From assembly GCA_022813965.1 (NCBI GenBank), contig JALDZS010000010.1, positions 62,001 to 126,000 of the forward strand: DNA of 64,000 nt. The letters are read 5' to 3'. The DNA comes from Toensbergia leucococca (Eukaryota). Below, piece after piece: positions 51,017 to 63,877 of this stretch (positions are counted from its first letter, which is position 1; the number at the start of each line of letters is the position of its first letter). The translations under genes and the position numbers were made by a program. The notes under the pieces were generated by a model. It was given only the letters and a program-made list of their open reading frames with translations. It was not told the origin of the DNA and made no database searches.

Positions 51017-54000
51017 TTAAATAGATGCATGATCAGCATCTTTATAAAAATCTTTAGATCAATTTTCTTTCATTGCCTTCTTTTTATTTCAGGCAGTATA
51101 TTTTTTCTCAGTTCTATTGTAATTTTCACTGATTAGTGATCAGAATTGTGATTCACTTTTATTCTTACTTTGCAAAATGTGATCTAATCAGTCATTTCAG
51201 ACATAGTCAGTGATAGATTAATGATAAATTTAACATTACTGTTATTCTTATATGTGACAGTATTAGATAATAGCAATAAATGTAGCTATTCTTTTTTCAT
51301 TACCCTTAATAGTTTCTTTACCTCATAATGCTGATGATAATATTTTATCTCAGCTCAGCTAAGGTAATAAAGGTTTATATTACTCATTACTATTTGATCA
51401 GCCCTTTGATTTATCTTTAAGACATTTCTCAGCAGTCTCAGTGTCTTATAAAGATTACCAGAGCTAAGTGAGAGATTGTAGATGTTGTGTATGTGTATTT
51501 CTCTCTCATTCTTTACCTTTAAATGAAGTGTGCAGAGATTGATAAAGTGATAGATAACTGTTTAATGTTAAAGTGAGATTTTTCTATTTATAAAAAAACA
51601 GACTTTAGTCTGTTTCTTCTGTTTAAACATTAGGTAAAAGTGATTTAGAACTGAATTATAAGTGATAGAGATGTTAGAGTAATATGTGTTGATTTATAAT
51701 TTCTATATTGTTAGTATGTTATACTTTTATACTTTCTTATTCTTTAGCAATATCATTATCACAATGTTCCTTGATTTTTAGACATTGTACTGTAGTATGA
51801 ATAGTTTTAGTTTACTAATAAACATGCGCGTTTTCTGTCTGAATCATGTCATCATATATTATTATTTGAGTGAACTCAGCTTCTAAATTTATTTTTACAT
51901 CACTTATTTTTACCTGAGAATTGATTATAATGTTTATCACATTCTTTAAAGACTTTCTAATTTTTACTGACTTCTTACCCTTGCCCCCCCTCTTTCTATT
52001 GTTATTTACTAGAATGTATTCTGTAGCTTAATCTTTCTGTGCTTCTTTCTTCTGATTCTTGATATCCTTGTACCTTATTACCTGAGACTTATTAATAAAC
52101 ACTTTTACTGATTCTTTATGTATTCTCAATGACTTGAGTGACTGTACTTTACTGACTTTACTAAGGGTGAGTTTCACTGTGATGAGTTTATCAGAAATAA
52201 TGAGTTCAGTAAGTTTAGTATGTTCAGTGTGTTCAGTAAGAAAGGTTTCACTAAAGTGAGAAAAGAAGAGAGAGAAGGTGAGGTGAAAGTTTAATGATAT
52301 TTAATAAACTAAATGTAGAGAGTGTTGATTTTTTTTTATAGTCTTTACTCTGAGAAATTTCTTCTTTCAGTCAGAGCAGGTGTCACTTCATGCTATGTGC
52401 TTCTTATTACACATGCATTTCTTTTTCTGCTTGTTAGTACACACTGATAAGATATAATCATCAGTGCATTGTTTACATCATTGTGAAGTTAAGCATTGAG
52501 TTCTGATGTGATGATACTTCTGACACTAAAAACACTGTTTTATCTGACAAGCTTAGATATATTTCTCACAAGTGTGAATTTCTGAATTGAGGATCAATTT
52601 ACTCTCAATAATCTTATTTGCGTCAATGACTCTAATAAATTTTATTATCAGAGTTAATTTCTTCTTAATCATTATCATCTGCTTAATAAGTCAGCTAATA
52701 TACCTAATTTCTGCCTTAGAAATAGTAAAGAAGTTTTTATTTAAAATTTTGATCACTGTTTTTTGTGAATCATTGTGTTCTTTGATTTTAACATCATGCA
52801 TTAGAATTCTGAACATTGATATCAATACTTCTGCCTCTCTGCTAAGAACTTTGACTCAGAAGGTGTTACTCTCTCTGAGAAATTTTGTGTCATCCTTTCT
52901 CTTTTAAGTCAGAGACATGTCCTCACTTTTTAGTTATTTCACTGCAATTATTCTTTTTTTCTTTTCTTTTTGAGTCTGACTGATGCTGTTGTTAATTTGT
53001 TTAATAATTATGTCTGAGCTATCTGCTCATAGAACTTCAATAAATAAGACACTGTTTATTTTAACAGTGATGATTCTATTTTTCTTCATATTCTCTGAAG
53101 TGATGTGAGAGAATATAAAGAGCTTTAAGCCCTTAACTCAGTTGCTTGCTGTGATAAAGAATAAGGGGGGGGTGACTTGCTGAGAGATGCATTTCATGAT
53201 TGACTTTAAAAGAATGATGATGTCAGTCACAGCATTAACAGCTTTGAGAATCTGATCATTGAAGGTCTGAGTTCTGAATTTAATGATAAACTTCAGTACA
53301 CTCTTGATGTATGAAGTCATTACAGTCTTTGATGTTGTGTTTATATCTAAAAGGGCTTGTAAGTCAGTAAGTAGATTGAGGGCATGTTTATGTATTTCAG
53401 GTGGCGCGTAGCTCACTGAAGGCCCTGAGGTTCTATCACTCATTGCTTGATATGAGGTGATACTCAGTCATGAGGCGATAAAATCAGGTGATTCAGGTAG
53501 TCAATTATGAGTTATGGTGATTGGTTATTTCAAAAAATAGGTTTGAACTTAAGGAGGTCGTTTCTTCCCTGTCTGACCATCGAATATGGCGGCAAATAAA
53601 CAAATAAGGTTTCTCCGTCTTCGGGACAGGGTAACGATAGAGACATGGATGCAACAGCACCTTCACATGGATTCCACTACATAGGTACTTACGGTATTGT
53701 ATTCCAGAATTCTGTCAATGTATTTGCTACAATACGTTGGCTGTCAATGGTTCAACGAGTGAAGCGAATTGTCAAGGTCCGGATAGAGAGGCAAGTACGG
53801 AGTATGCAGGATTCATGGAACTTCTAGCCACAATCTGATATTGAGAAACATCAAAATCTGACTCGGGTTCCGCTTGACGTATGCACCAATCAGCGATTGG
53901 AAAACGTCAAGTGTGGCTTGAATCACAGGGCATAGGATACCTTACTAAAGCTTAAGAATAGTTCAATTACCTCATCAAAACGACGGGATTTTCACCATAA

Positions 54001-55188
54001 ATTTGAGGGTTCTGCAGGGAAAGACATGCAACTCCCGTGATACATGTATTCTTCAGGGCAATTGAAGCATCAAAAATTACTGGGCTGCCGGCCCATCGTC
54101 CCTGTCAGCCTCCGGAAATCGTGTTCACTACGGATAGAACTTTGCTGATTTGTTGATTGTTCCAAGAGAGTACAATATCTTAAAAACGCTACGAAGAGTA
54201 CTCTAAAGGATACACTTCTGTCTGGTCTCAGGAAGTCACAAAATGCTTCTTCGGATCCGTCTATACCTGTGCTAATGTATGAAGTATTCATAAGGTGGTG
54301 AGATGTGATGAAAAGGAAGGTTTTGTGGGAGGATTCATGACTACCTTAGTGTTCCGAATTAGCGCAAGAAACTCAATTTATGGTCACCTGATGTATGTTT
54401 CCCGACGTGCCCTAGGTAGATTCTACTCGTACATACAGTACCGCCTTTTCTTAGAAAACACTGAAAACAAATCCTGCTAGCTACAACTCAATCGGTACGC
54501 TCAATCGTTGTACCGGTCAAGACCATACTCTATGGGAACATGGAGGGAATGAGCGATTCTCTTTCGGCGCCGACGTATTGGGACCGGTGATGTACCTACT
54601 TGGATTTATCTGAGGCTCTTGATACGCCCATATCCCCTTGTCACGATACTGAAAACCCTTTGCCCTCCTCTCATTCCCTATCAAGTCCCACATGGTGGAA
54701 TATCGCATGAGAAAAGGGCCATAGTTCTATACCGTAGTAGTTTGGTGTATAAGATTCTAGTCTCGTAGCCCATTCATGGTTTATCCCATGTCCTTCCTGG
54801 CGGTGGTTCTAAATCAAGGGGCTTGCAGACCCTTAGTCGCCAGGACATAGGAAGTTCATTTAGAATCATATCTGATCAGCCTATAGTATCTTGTTAGATG
54901 TAGAGGTGAGAGAGCGAGTAAGAAGATTGGAAAAGGCGTCTAATCTTGCGTTGATTCGTGAGGATGAGGAGAAGGACGAGGAAGAAAAGGAATCTTATTA
55001 ACCAGCACTCCTTCGGTCTGAAAAAGTCGATTTAGAACCATGTCTTATACCCTAGAAGGATCCCATAAACCAGGAATATCTTATGTGTCAATTATTATGG
55101 TATAACTTCTTTCCCTTGATAATTACATCGCTTGAAGGTGAATCCACTGCCTACCTGGATTTCCCCTTATCTCCACTGATTGAACCAT

Positions 55189-56068
55189 CTACCTCGAATA
55201 GGTAGCTAGATACAATTGCGCAGCACTTATAGCAGCCGGAAGCCATATAGCCACAGTAATTGACGTGGTACCTTTCGGCAGAAGACTAATTTCCGCACAG
55301 TTGCAATCACTGCAGTCATCCGTGCCATCAGCAAGAACAACATTATGACCGTAAAAACCAATTAGCTAAAACTTCCAACCCACAAAAACATTCATCATCA
55401 ATCAAAGGCAAACAATCCAAAACTTACAAAGTAGGTCCATCCACTGGATCAGTTGTTGAAGTTGCCCCCAAAGCCTCCAGCAATATCCGATCCGCAAATA
55501 CACTCGTGGTATTATCATCCGCTCCCACCAGCGTCGCCACCAGGCTGAACCCATTATCGGCTTTCTCCGACTGCGGCGCCGTCAAGGCATGGGTGGCAAA
55601 ATAAGCCGGCGAGACCTTACCATACTCCCTCTGGTGCACGAGCCGTCAATTCACCTCGCTGACGCAATAAGCCTTCGGCAGGCCCTCACTCGCTTCGTCT
55701 CCGACGCAGATTTCGTACGGCTCACATTCGGCTGAGAAATACATGCCACGCGCTATTCCTGGAGCCTTGCATAATCCCGTGTAGGCTTGGGCGCTGGTTA
55801 TAGGTGTGCAGAGGGTCCACTTGAAGTCTGGATAGTTGGTGGGACAGGGTCCGGTCATTAGACGAGAGATTGAGCGCTTGTTGTTGTGGGGGTGGGATGG
55901 GGAGGAGAAGATGGAGGTTGAGGCGTGTGAGGCATTTTGCGGAGGGGTGTCTTGATCAGAGGGGGAGCGTATGGTGATGTCGAGTAGGGTGGTGACTCTA
56001 TTCAACCACATAATCAGCATCTGTGACATTGTTTCGCATAAAGAGGAGAGTTCCATGCTAGGGTCCAT
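55189..56068 (-). pseudogene. Probable pseudogene of a Cys-rich (possibly secreted) protein
   Basis: ORFs 55646-56200 and 55424-55639 share a frame, separated by an in-frame TGA (AYCVSEVN*RLV). GTAAGT donor at 55427 and GCTAAT branch site, but the acceptor reads CGG (55351-55349). Splicing there gives a coherent last exon FHNVVLADGTDDCSDCNC...LYLATYSR*. Confidence 0.55.
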
Positions 56069-57813
56069 CACAAATTTCTGGGGTTCTTGAGAGAAGGTGT
56101 TATTGCAAGACTTGACGAAGCAGAAATGAGAGCAGTGAGAAAGCTGAGCCAGAGAGAATACATCTCGTGCATGTCTCCAGATTAAAGCGGGAGCCTGCAT
56201 GGCTTGAACCTTTTGGCTAGAAATCTTAAGTCATAACTTTCCGCACCACTGTTACGATTGAGAGCATGGAGTATCAAAAAACTTACTGATTCTCTCATTG
56301 ATAGAAGCGACACAAGGTCCTGTTGCTATGGCTGTTTCATCTTGGTGGAAGGCTGAGAAGAGGGTTGGGAGTAGGGAGAGGCAACCTTAAGTCCCACCTC
56401 TTGCTGTTGGGCCTGTGTTGCAAGCAATTCCTATACTAATCACTAAAACATGCAAAGCAGGTCCGGTAGCGAGGGGATTTATAGGTCTTCCCAAAAGTGG
56501 TTCTTCTGTAAGAGAGCCTGTCAGTTTCTATGTAGGGATGGTAGAGGGGCCTCTGATGTCAACCCGGGTGTGCCTGCTAGCCGTAGAACCTCTGGTAGAA
56601 CAACAAAAACAAGTACAGGTCGATAGAAGCGACATGCGACATTTCAAAGCCATACAGACACATTGACGACAGTCAATAGCTTGCCCACATTTGTGTTCTT
56701 TTATCGTGACGGACAAGCATCTTGTTCAAAGAGCAAAGGGAAATAACACCAATCAAAGGATGAATATGCTAAATATAAAGAAAAGGTATCATTGACGCGG
56801 ATGAGGGGATCGTATCAAGCAAAGACCTTCAGGTGAACGTAATGCCCAGGTCCCAAATCCCGCATTTGGAGGGCTCAAAGATCGAGGGTTTAGAGGAGAC
56901 AACGACCGAAATGATCTGCGACTTACTTTTTCAAGTTTTCTGCTTTCCTTTCCTTTCCCTTCCTGTACGACATAGTCTGGATTGTTTCATTTCATTCTCG
57001 CTAAGCTCTCCATCTCACGCCTTCCTCCCACGACGACATCACAGGCAAGACGGATCTACCCAAGTGCCCCCTGCTCGAGAATAGATAGTCACTCGTCCAG
57101 TGACAAGACCGAATGTGATGCCTGTATCTCGCCCAAAAGGCTTTGTTTACCTACCTGGGTAAGCAACAGAATAAGGAGAAAAGAAGGGAAATTCAAAAGA
57201 CGCCTTGCTAGGTAGTTACTTTTCTCGAAACAGCTATCAGTGATTTGAGGGCTAAAATTGAACACATGTGTTTGTCAAGGTGAGGAAGACTAAACGTAGA
57301 ATATTTTATGTGAGTGACGGCAAAATTAGTCGGTGGTGAGCACTGAACCGAGGAAATGTGAGAAGCAGGATCAGTGAATCAAAGAAGAAGATGATTATTT
57401 TGGGAAGGTATTTTCAAGGAAAGAAATAAAGTAGAGTAAACATCCATAGATTGATATTTTATCGACTCCGCGAATTGTGCCAAGATGTTTATCCGTACCT
57501 TGTGCTTATTCTATTTATGCATTGACGCTAGCAATGATGGCTCGTTGGCAACCGACCGAATGGAAACAAACACAGCCAGAGCGCTTCCTAACATGACCAT
57601 GAGCCTCCAAACCACAACAACCAACTCTTACCACCCCTCACTCACTCAATGAATTCTTGATCTCTTTTTTAATGACTGGGTGCAGCTTCACAACCATTAT
57701 GTTGTCTCTGTCATAGATTTGGAACCCCACCTTTGACGTGTTGAACGTCGCGTGCCGGTTTCTACCACTGCCCCTCCTTTCAGTCGACCTGTGGATTTCT
57801 AGTATCGTTACGC

Positions 57814-60037
57814 ATGGCAGCAGTATCTATACCACTTTCTCCGTTTGCAATTGGTACCATGTCGACTCGCAGGATACCCCTAGCTAATGCACCCAATGCC
57901 GCCAACTCGCCTTTCCGACCTCTAGCTGGGGCTACATCCAAGCGCCCGAGGTCTCAAATTTATGCCCAAGAAGATGCGCTCTCTGAGCAGCAGCCACCAG
58001 TAAAGAAACAAGCCATTGAAGTTGATCGTTCAGCTCTACGCACTCCACAACGGCAAACAGGACGGCCGGCAGACGGTCAGGTTTTCAACAAAAGGCCATC
58101 GACTTCTCAATCCACTGCTTTTGGGCGCAGATTACTGGCTGCAAAAGAGAGGGAAGCTCAGGAAAGGCCCGAGGGACAGGGGAAAACCACAAATGAGACG
58201 CTGGATAACATAAGGCAATGGCAGAAGCATTATCGGGGGGCATTTCCTTCGTTTGTCTTCTATTTCGAGAGTATACCCGATGAAATCCGACTTAAGTGCT
58301 CGAGGCAGATTACCGTGCTGGGGGCAGTAAGTTTCTTCGGGACCCTGTAAAGCTCGTGCCTGTTGACGATGGCTAATGATTCTGTTTTCAGAGGGAAGAA
58401 AAATTTTTCTCCAGAAATGTAACTCATGTTGTTACCACACGCACAATACCGGTGGAAAATGATTCAAGATCTCCAACAGAGAGTACGACACCACTCCGTC
58501 CGATCGCCTCACAAAACCCAAACCAACCTCGTACGATAAACCCCTCCCTACTTGATCGAACTCCAGAATCGCAATCGCAAGGGCAACAATTTTCAGCCAA
58601 AAGCAAATTCAATTTTGAGACATCATTGAGCAGGAGGGTTCAGACCCAAGGGACCCAGGATGCAGAGCCTAGGAAGCAACAGGCAGGAATCTCCGACATC
58701 CTTTGCCGAGCAAGAGAGATGGGGATAAAAATATGGCAGTTGGAGAAGCTTCAGCGGATAATGACTACCATTTTCGACCCAGTCATTGAGTCGCAGTCTC
58801 AGCATGGCCATAACACGCGTAAAAACACAGCAAACTCTTATAATACTGCAAAAGTTGCAGAAATCGATTTATCCCATATGATCAGAAATGAGCAGCTGAA
58901 CGGTCCTTCGGATCGAGATTCTACCGTCGTCACTAATGAGCTTGTATTGTTCAAAGGACCGCATCTGTATGTTCGAGATATGGACGAAAAAACGAAACCA
59001 ATGTTAATAAGAGAGTACACCAAGGTACCTCGCAAAGAAGAGGGTGAATGGCCTCAATTGAGATGCGTCAGCCAAGGCAAATGTCCCTTTGTTGAGGAAG
59101 GCGCTTTGAGCAAACGTGAACTCGAGCGAGAAAAGGTTCGAGAACAAGAGAGTCTTGCGCGAGCTAAGGGGGGGCATCAAAAAGACCCACGTACCCAGGT
59201 CACCCTGTCTTTCGATACTCCAAAAACAGAAGCATATCTGAATGCCACGGGGAAGAGGCCGCTCGCCGAGGTGAAGAACGCGCCTAACAGGATGGCCCCA
59301 AACCTCCAGGGGACTACTCGCACCTCTGGCTTGCAACCCTCTGTGATGAGTATCAAAGGGCGAAGTCCGCTCAAGGAATCCAAGCATCTCTTTACGGGCG
59401 CTACTCCAAAACTCTATGGTGGTGAACCTGCAGCCTCGGGTCTCCAGCCTTCGAATATAACGTCAGCTATCCGCTCCCAGGTCATATCCTCTACTGCAGC
59501 AGCACCAGGTACAAAAGCTGGTATCAGCAAAGAAGTTCACGAGCTGAAAAGGAAGGTTCTCGAAAGGAATAGTGGCTCAGTCCTGAATACAATCCCAACG
59601 GCTCCCAGAATAGTCGAGCTTACAGGTTCCGCCCGAGCAGAAAGGAGCATACCTCAGATTAGACAGGCCAATAGAAAGGCTCAGGAAAAGTTGAGCCTGA
59701 TTGATGAGGATTTTACTCCATCGGAAGAAGAGGAGAACACACAGAAATTGGACGAGCTAAGGAGGTCTACAGTAGCGACGAGCAAAAAGATGGAGAAAAA
59801 GAACCTCAAGCCTGGGTACTGTGAAAATTGTAGGGATAAATTTGACGACTTTGACGAAGTGAGTATTACAGGATGTCTAGGCGCCTGCCTATATTGCAAT
59901 GACTGATGAAATTATAGCACATAAATGAAAGGAAGCATCGGAAATTCGCAGTCACGCAGTCCAACTGGAAAGAATTGGATGACTTACTGGCACATTTGAG
60001 CCGGCGACTGAAAGACGACGAATTGGATGAACCCTAA
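57814..60037 (+). CDS. DBF4: Cdc7 kinase regulatory subunit Dbf4/Dfp1/NimO (3 exons)
   Basis: Motif N WQKHYR..FPSFVFYFES..LGA|REEKFFS..VTHVVTTR; motif M KGPHLYVRDMDEKTKPMLIREY..WPQLR..GKCPF; motif C zinc finger KPGYCENCRDKFDDFDE|HINERKHRKFA. Confidence 0.92.
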
Positions 60038-60442
60038 CATCGGACAAGGCGGTCTTGAGATTACTTGGCCAGAATCATTGCTAATTTCTAATGATTGAAC
60101 CACGCAGTCTAGGGGTTGATCTTTTTGTCGGTTTTCTCTGCAACATTGGCGTTGTAGCATTATAATTGTTCCTCTGCAATACGGGAGGCGTTTTTGCTTT
60201 GCTTTGCTTTGCTTCTAGAGTAGAGATAAGATAGCGGCTAGATACGTTTAGCTTATGGAGTACCTTTGCTAGGTACGAATTGGGGCATAATGAGGTATCG
60301 AGAATTCAAGATTCGGGCCCAGTGAGTGTGCCAATTTATCGGTATTCTAGCTTCTTCAAGGCAAGCGAGCCTTGGCATTATTCTCGAACCTCGAGTTCTC
60401 CTTCAATCAAACACAAAACCATCTCACCCCATCAAAGTAGCC

Positions 60443-61343
60443 ATGTTCTCTCCTCCCCAGCGAGCATGTCTCCAGCTCCTCAATTGCCAACGGTGTCCCT
60501 CAGCCTCCCTCCCAGACTTTCTCATCCCAGCCTTCCTCACTCCCAAACACGCCTTCTCAACTACCACACCGCGCGCCTCTCGAATCGGCAAAACCGTACT
60601 GTCGCTCCCCCCAGAAGTGAATCTCCGCTTCCTCGAACCTCTGAAGTCTCGCCGAAAGGCCACAGTCCAAAGAGTAGAGCCACCTCGAATAGTCGAAGTG
60701 GAAGGTCCTCTGGGTAAGCTCCCTTACTCAAACCCCCTTAACCAACAACGATACAAAATCCAACCATTGACTCTTCCCCACTCAGGCAAAATGTCCATGA
60801 ACCTCCCAAACTACATGATCCTCGACCACAACCAATCCACAAAAAAAGCCACTCTCCGAATCCAAGACAGCTCCCAACGCAAACAGCTTGAGATGTGGGG
60901 TCAGTTGACTTCTCACGATCCCCCCTTTTCTCAAAGACGCTTCTGGTCTAAATTTGCCCCCCCCCTTAGGAACAACTCGTGCCTACCTCCAAAATCACAT
61001 CCTCGGCGTTTCTGAAGGCCACACCGCCATCCTCCGCCTCGTCGGCGTTGGCTACCGTGCCACGGTCGAACCCATCGCCATCACAAAAATCCAGTCGTAT
61101 CCAAACCAGCAGTTCGTCAATCTCAGAGTCGGCTACTCGCACCCAGTCGAGCTTGGGGTGCCGGAAGGAGTGAAGGCGAGCACGCCGCAGCCGACGAGGA
61201 TCTTGCTGGAGGGAGTGGAGAAGGAAGTGGTGATGCAATTCGCGGCTAAGATTCGCATGTGGAGGAAGCCGGAGCCGTACAAGGGGAAGGGGATTTTCGT
61301 GAACGGGGAGACGATTAAATTGAAGGCGAAGAAAATTAAATGA
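60443..61343 (+). CDS. MRPL6: Mitochondrial ribosomal protein uL6m (3 exons)
   Basis: Presequence-like N-terminus, SRIGK, VEVEGPLG, MWGTTRAYLQNHILGVSEGH..LRLVGVGYRA, WRKPEPYKGKGI. Confidence 0.92.
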
Positions 61344-61593
61344 GGTTGAGGTGGGTTGGTTTTATATTGGTAAATTTGTAGCAAGGCGATTATAGGAAAA
61401 CTTGTGAACCTTGGCGTACCCTGTAAATACAGTCTACAGGCTATGTACAATATGAGTTATGGATCGAGTCATACTCTACAAGTCGGGCTTAGCCAGCACA
61501 AGTAAATTCTACCCGACGCCTGTCTTTCAGGACCCAATTCCGCAGCACCTCTTTCACTGTTGTGATTCAGCCTCCAATTCGTTTCCCTGACAG

Positions 61594-63688
61594 CTACTTT
61601 CTTAATTCCTCAATATCCACAATCTGTCATACCAAGGTTAGCTCGCTTCCCCTAAGCCCTACATTTAAGCCGAGTCCAAAGATATACCTCTTTCACCGCC
61701 TCCGTCGTCAACACATACGGATTATCCTCTCCAACGCACACGCTATCTTCGATTCGGATACCCATGCCGCGAAAGGCCTTAGGGTAGCGAGAGGATTCGG
61801 GGATATAAAGACCCCTATCGTTCCTATTAAATCGAAGAACCCACTTTGAAAAATTGGCCATCTAGAAGATTCGACTCACGGCTCTATAGTGATGCATTGG
61901 TGGGCCTGCAGATGATCTTTCCGTGACTGGCCAGGGGTGTCATGAACGTCGAGACCAATGTAGTGACCCAGATGGTGAGGGAAGAGGAGTTCCAGACTCT
62001 GGACAAAGACAATCAACATTCGGATCAAAATAAAAGATTAAGCTTAATGCGAGTGAGCGAAGAAGATAACTGACCGAGCCCGACATGTCGAATCCTAGCT
62101 GCTTGAGCTGGTCTTTGAAGGCCTGCTCGGCAATGTCGTGGAGTTTGTCAAGAGAGACGCTGGCACTGGCACGGCAAAGAGAGATACAAGTACGTTGAAC
62201 ATTCAAGACGGCGGTGTAGAGGTCCTTCTGCGCAGGGGTGAAGACACCATTGATGGGCCAGGTGCGGGTGATGTCGGTTATGTATCCTCCGTACTCCTGT
62301 TGGTTCATATTTCAGTAAGGTGAGTAATCGTAAATTTTAGGGTATGTGGTCAAATACTCCGCCCGCGTCTACCAGTACGAATCCTCCATTTCTAACGGAG
62401 CTTAGCTTCTGTCCTTCCAGTAAAGTGGTGATAATTACGCACCGTAACAAGTCATCATTCCGCGTGTAGTGTATCATAAGCGCATTCTGACTTTCATTAG
62501 CTACTTGATCATCGCTGTGGAGATCCCTGTTCACACCTTGGCGCCGGCTATTACTGGAATATACGCGGAGCCGTCGCAACCGTGCATCTTGAACTTGTGG
62601 TCCAGAAATGCCCCTAGATCCTTTTCCCGCGTCCATACGTGCCGCATAGCCTCTGTGAATGCTCTTCCAGACGCCTGCCCAGCTTTACGCATGTTGTTGA
62701 TTTCAGCATCGCTTTTCAAGACTCGAAGGCCGTTGAGTACAGGCTTGAGTGGTTGGACTTTGCTTGATTCTAGAATTTTGGCAAAACCTTCTGCTCTTGA
62801 CGAAGGACTCGAGAAAAAACGGGAGAAGGTAGACGTAGCCCCAGGTTTAATGGGGACGTCGGTGTAGACCTGGGACGCGGCAGCGACAACTGGGGAAAGG
62901 AGGGTCTGGAGTTGATTGATGTCTCCTGTCTACATACTCAGATCCGAGCACATTAATTCTTCTGGGGAGAAGGGCAAAACCAACCTCATCCGCGTTGAAG
63001 ACGTCAATGGCTCCCTGTGTGCCCGATCTTGCGCCTTCCCACTGCTCTGCCTTTGGATCTTTGGGCCGCACAAACAGATGAAATACATGATCTCCATCGT
63101 CTGTGCATTTCCCTGCTCCTGATAAGCCCATAAACTCTGGAGTTCTCATTCATGCTGGGGAGTACCTATGACCGCAACTGCGTCGGGCTCATTAAAGCCT
63201 GCAGACTCTCAGCTTCATGCCCTAATTCCCCTGCACTACCCTGACCAGACCTGTGAGATAGAAGAAACTCGAATCCTGGTGAAATTCGTAGAAGACAGCC
63301 CCGGAGCGGTACTTGATATCTGAAGCAGCAATTACCGCGATAGCATTCTTGGGGAGCTTTGCTGCCAGCTTTGTACGGCGTTGAGCATATTCAATAGCAG
63401 TGATGCCTGGTGTTACTGCGTGCAGATGGACAGTCAGTAGTGTTCAATCAAGCAGTGAAAAGCAGTGAATTGACAAGCCTTACTTTCACTGGCCTTCAAA
63501 AGATGTGGATGAGTTTCATACACAGGCTGGCCGAATTGAAGCTCTGAAGCCGAAATTGAAGCGTAGGATCTAAACCGAGAAGCCCGGCAGCCAGCAACAT
63601 AAATGGATATCGTTGGCCTTAATGATACACCTAGCCTATGGCTTGTAGATCTTGAGCATTGTCGAAGAGCAAATGGACATATTTTCAT
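61594..63688 (-). CDS. ICP55: Mitochondrial Xaa-Pro aminopeptidase / intermediate cleaving peptidase 55 (M24B), multi-exon
   Basis: [85 protein letters not shown]. Confidence 0.9.
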
Positions 63689-63877
63689 GGTTGCACAAGT
63701 TGAGTTGTGCTCATGTTCGAGTAAACACACGTGCCTTCCGGGCTCAACGACCACCCCAATCCAGCGTCATAGCACTTGAAAAAAATTGCATCGATGGCTT
63801 TGGTCTACCTATGCTGATGAATATCAATGCTCTCAGGGTGCACACTAGGGCTGATCTACTTACCTAGAAGGACAGCC

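Larger units (their letters stand above)
31259..53569 (-). mobile_element. Full-length degenerate Tad1-like LINE (non-LTR retrotransposon), ~5.85 kb once nested inserts are removed
   Basis: 14-bp TSD TGTCTGACCATCGA at 31245-31258 and 53570-53583; (TGA)4 tail at 31259-31270. ORF1 from 53443 with knuckle CF*CQKYHHIRTQC (~52500). ORF2 has APE ILQYNV*KSR (~51800) and SDH (~51140), RT SY*LITLLN / LLLLNISEVFNNV / ISQRFSLSSILYFFYN / FINN, RNase H *ILTYIRVKGNE (~32030), C-terminal QTVMHVLLMC, and ends at 31471. Confidence 0.9.

Noticed and set aside
31607..53443. Numerous short I/L/K/N-rich ORFs in the AT-rich block as independent genes
   Set aside because: They are fragments or antisense shadows of hypermutated LINE and gypsy ORFs.
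31259..53569. AT-rich block as a mitochondrial insertion (NUMT), horizontally acquired DNA or Starship
   Set aside because: It is fully accounted for by retroelement domains, LTRs and TSDs. No mitochondrial genes or tyrosine-recombinase captain are visible.
57740..57760. MCB-like element (TCGCGT) upstream of DBF4
   Set aside because: Only a 5/6 match to ACGCGT and a single copy, so it cannot be distinguished from chance.
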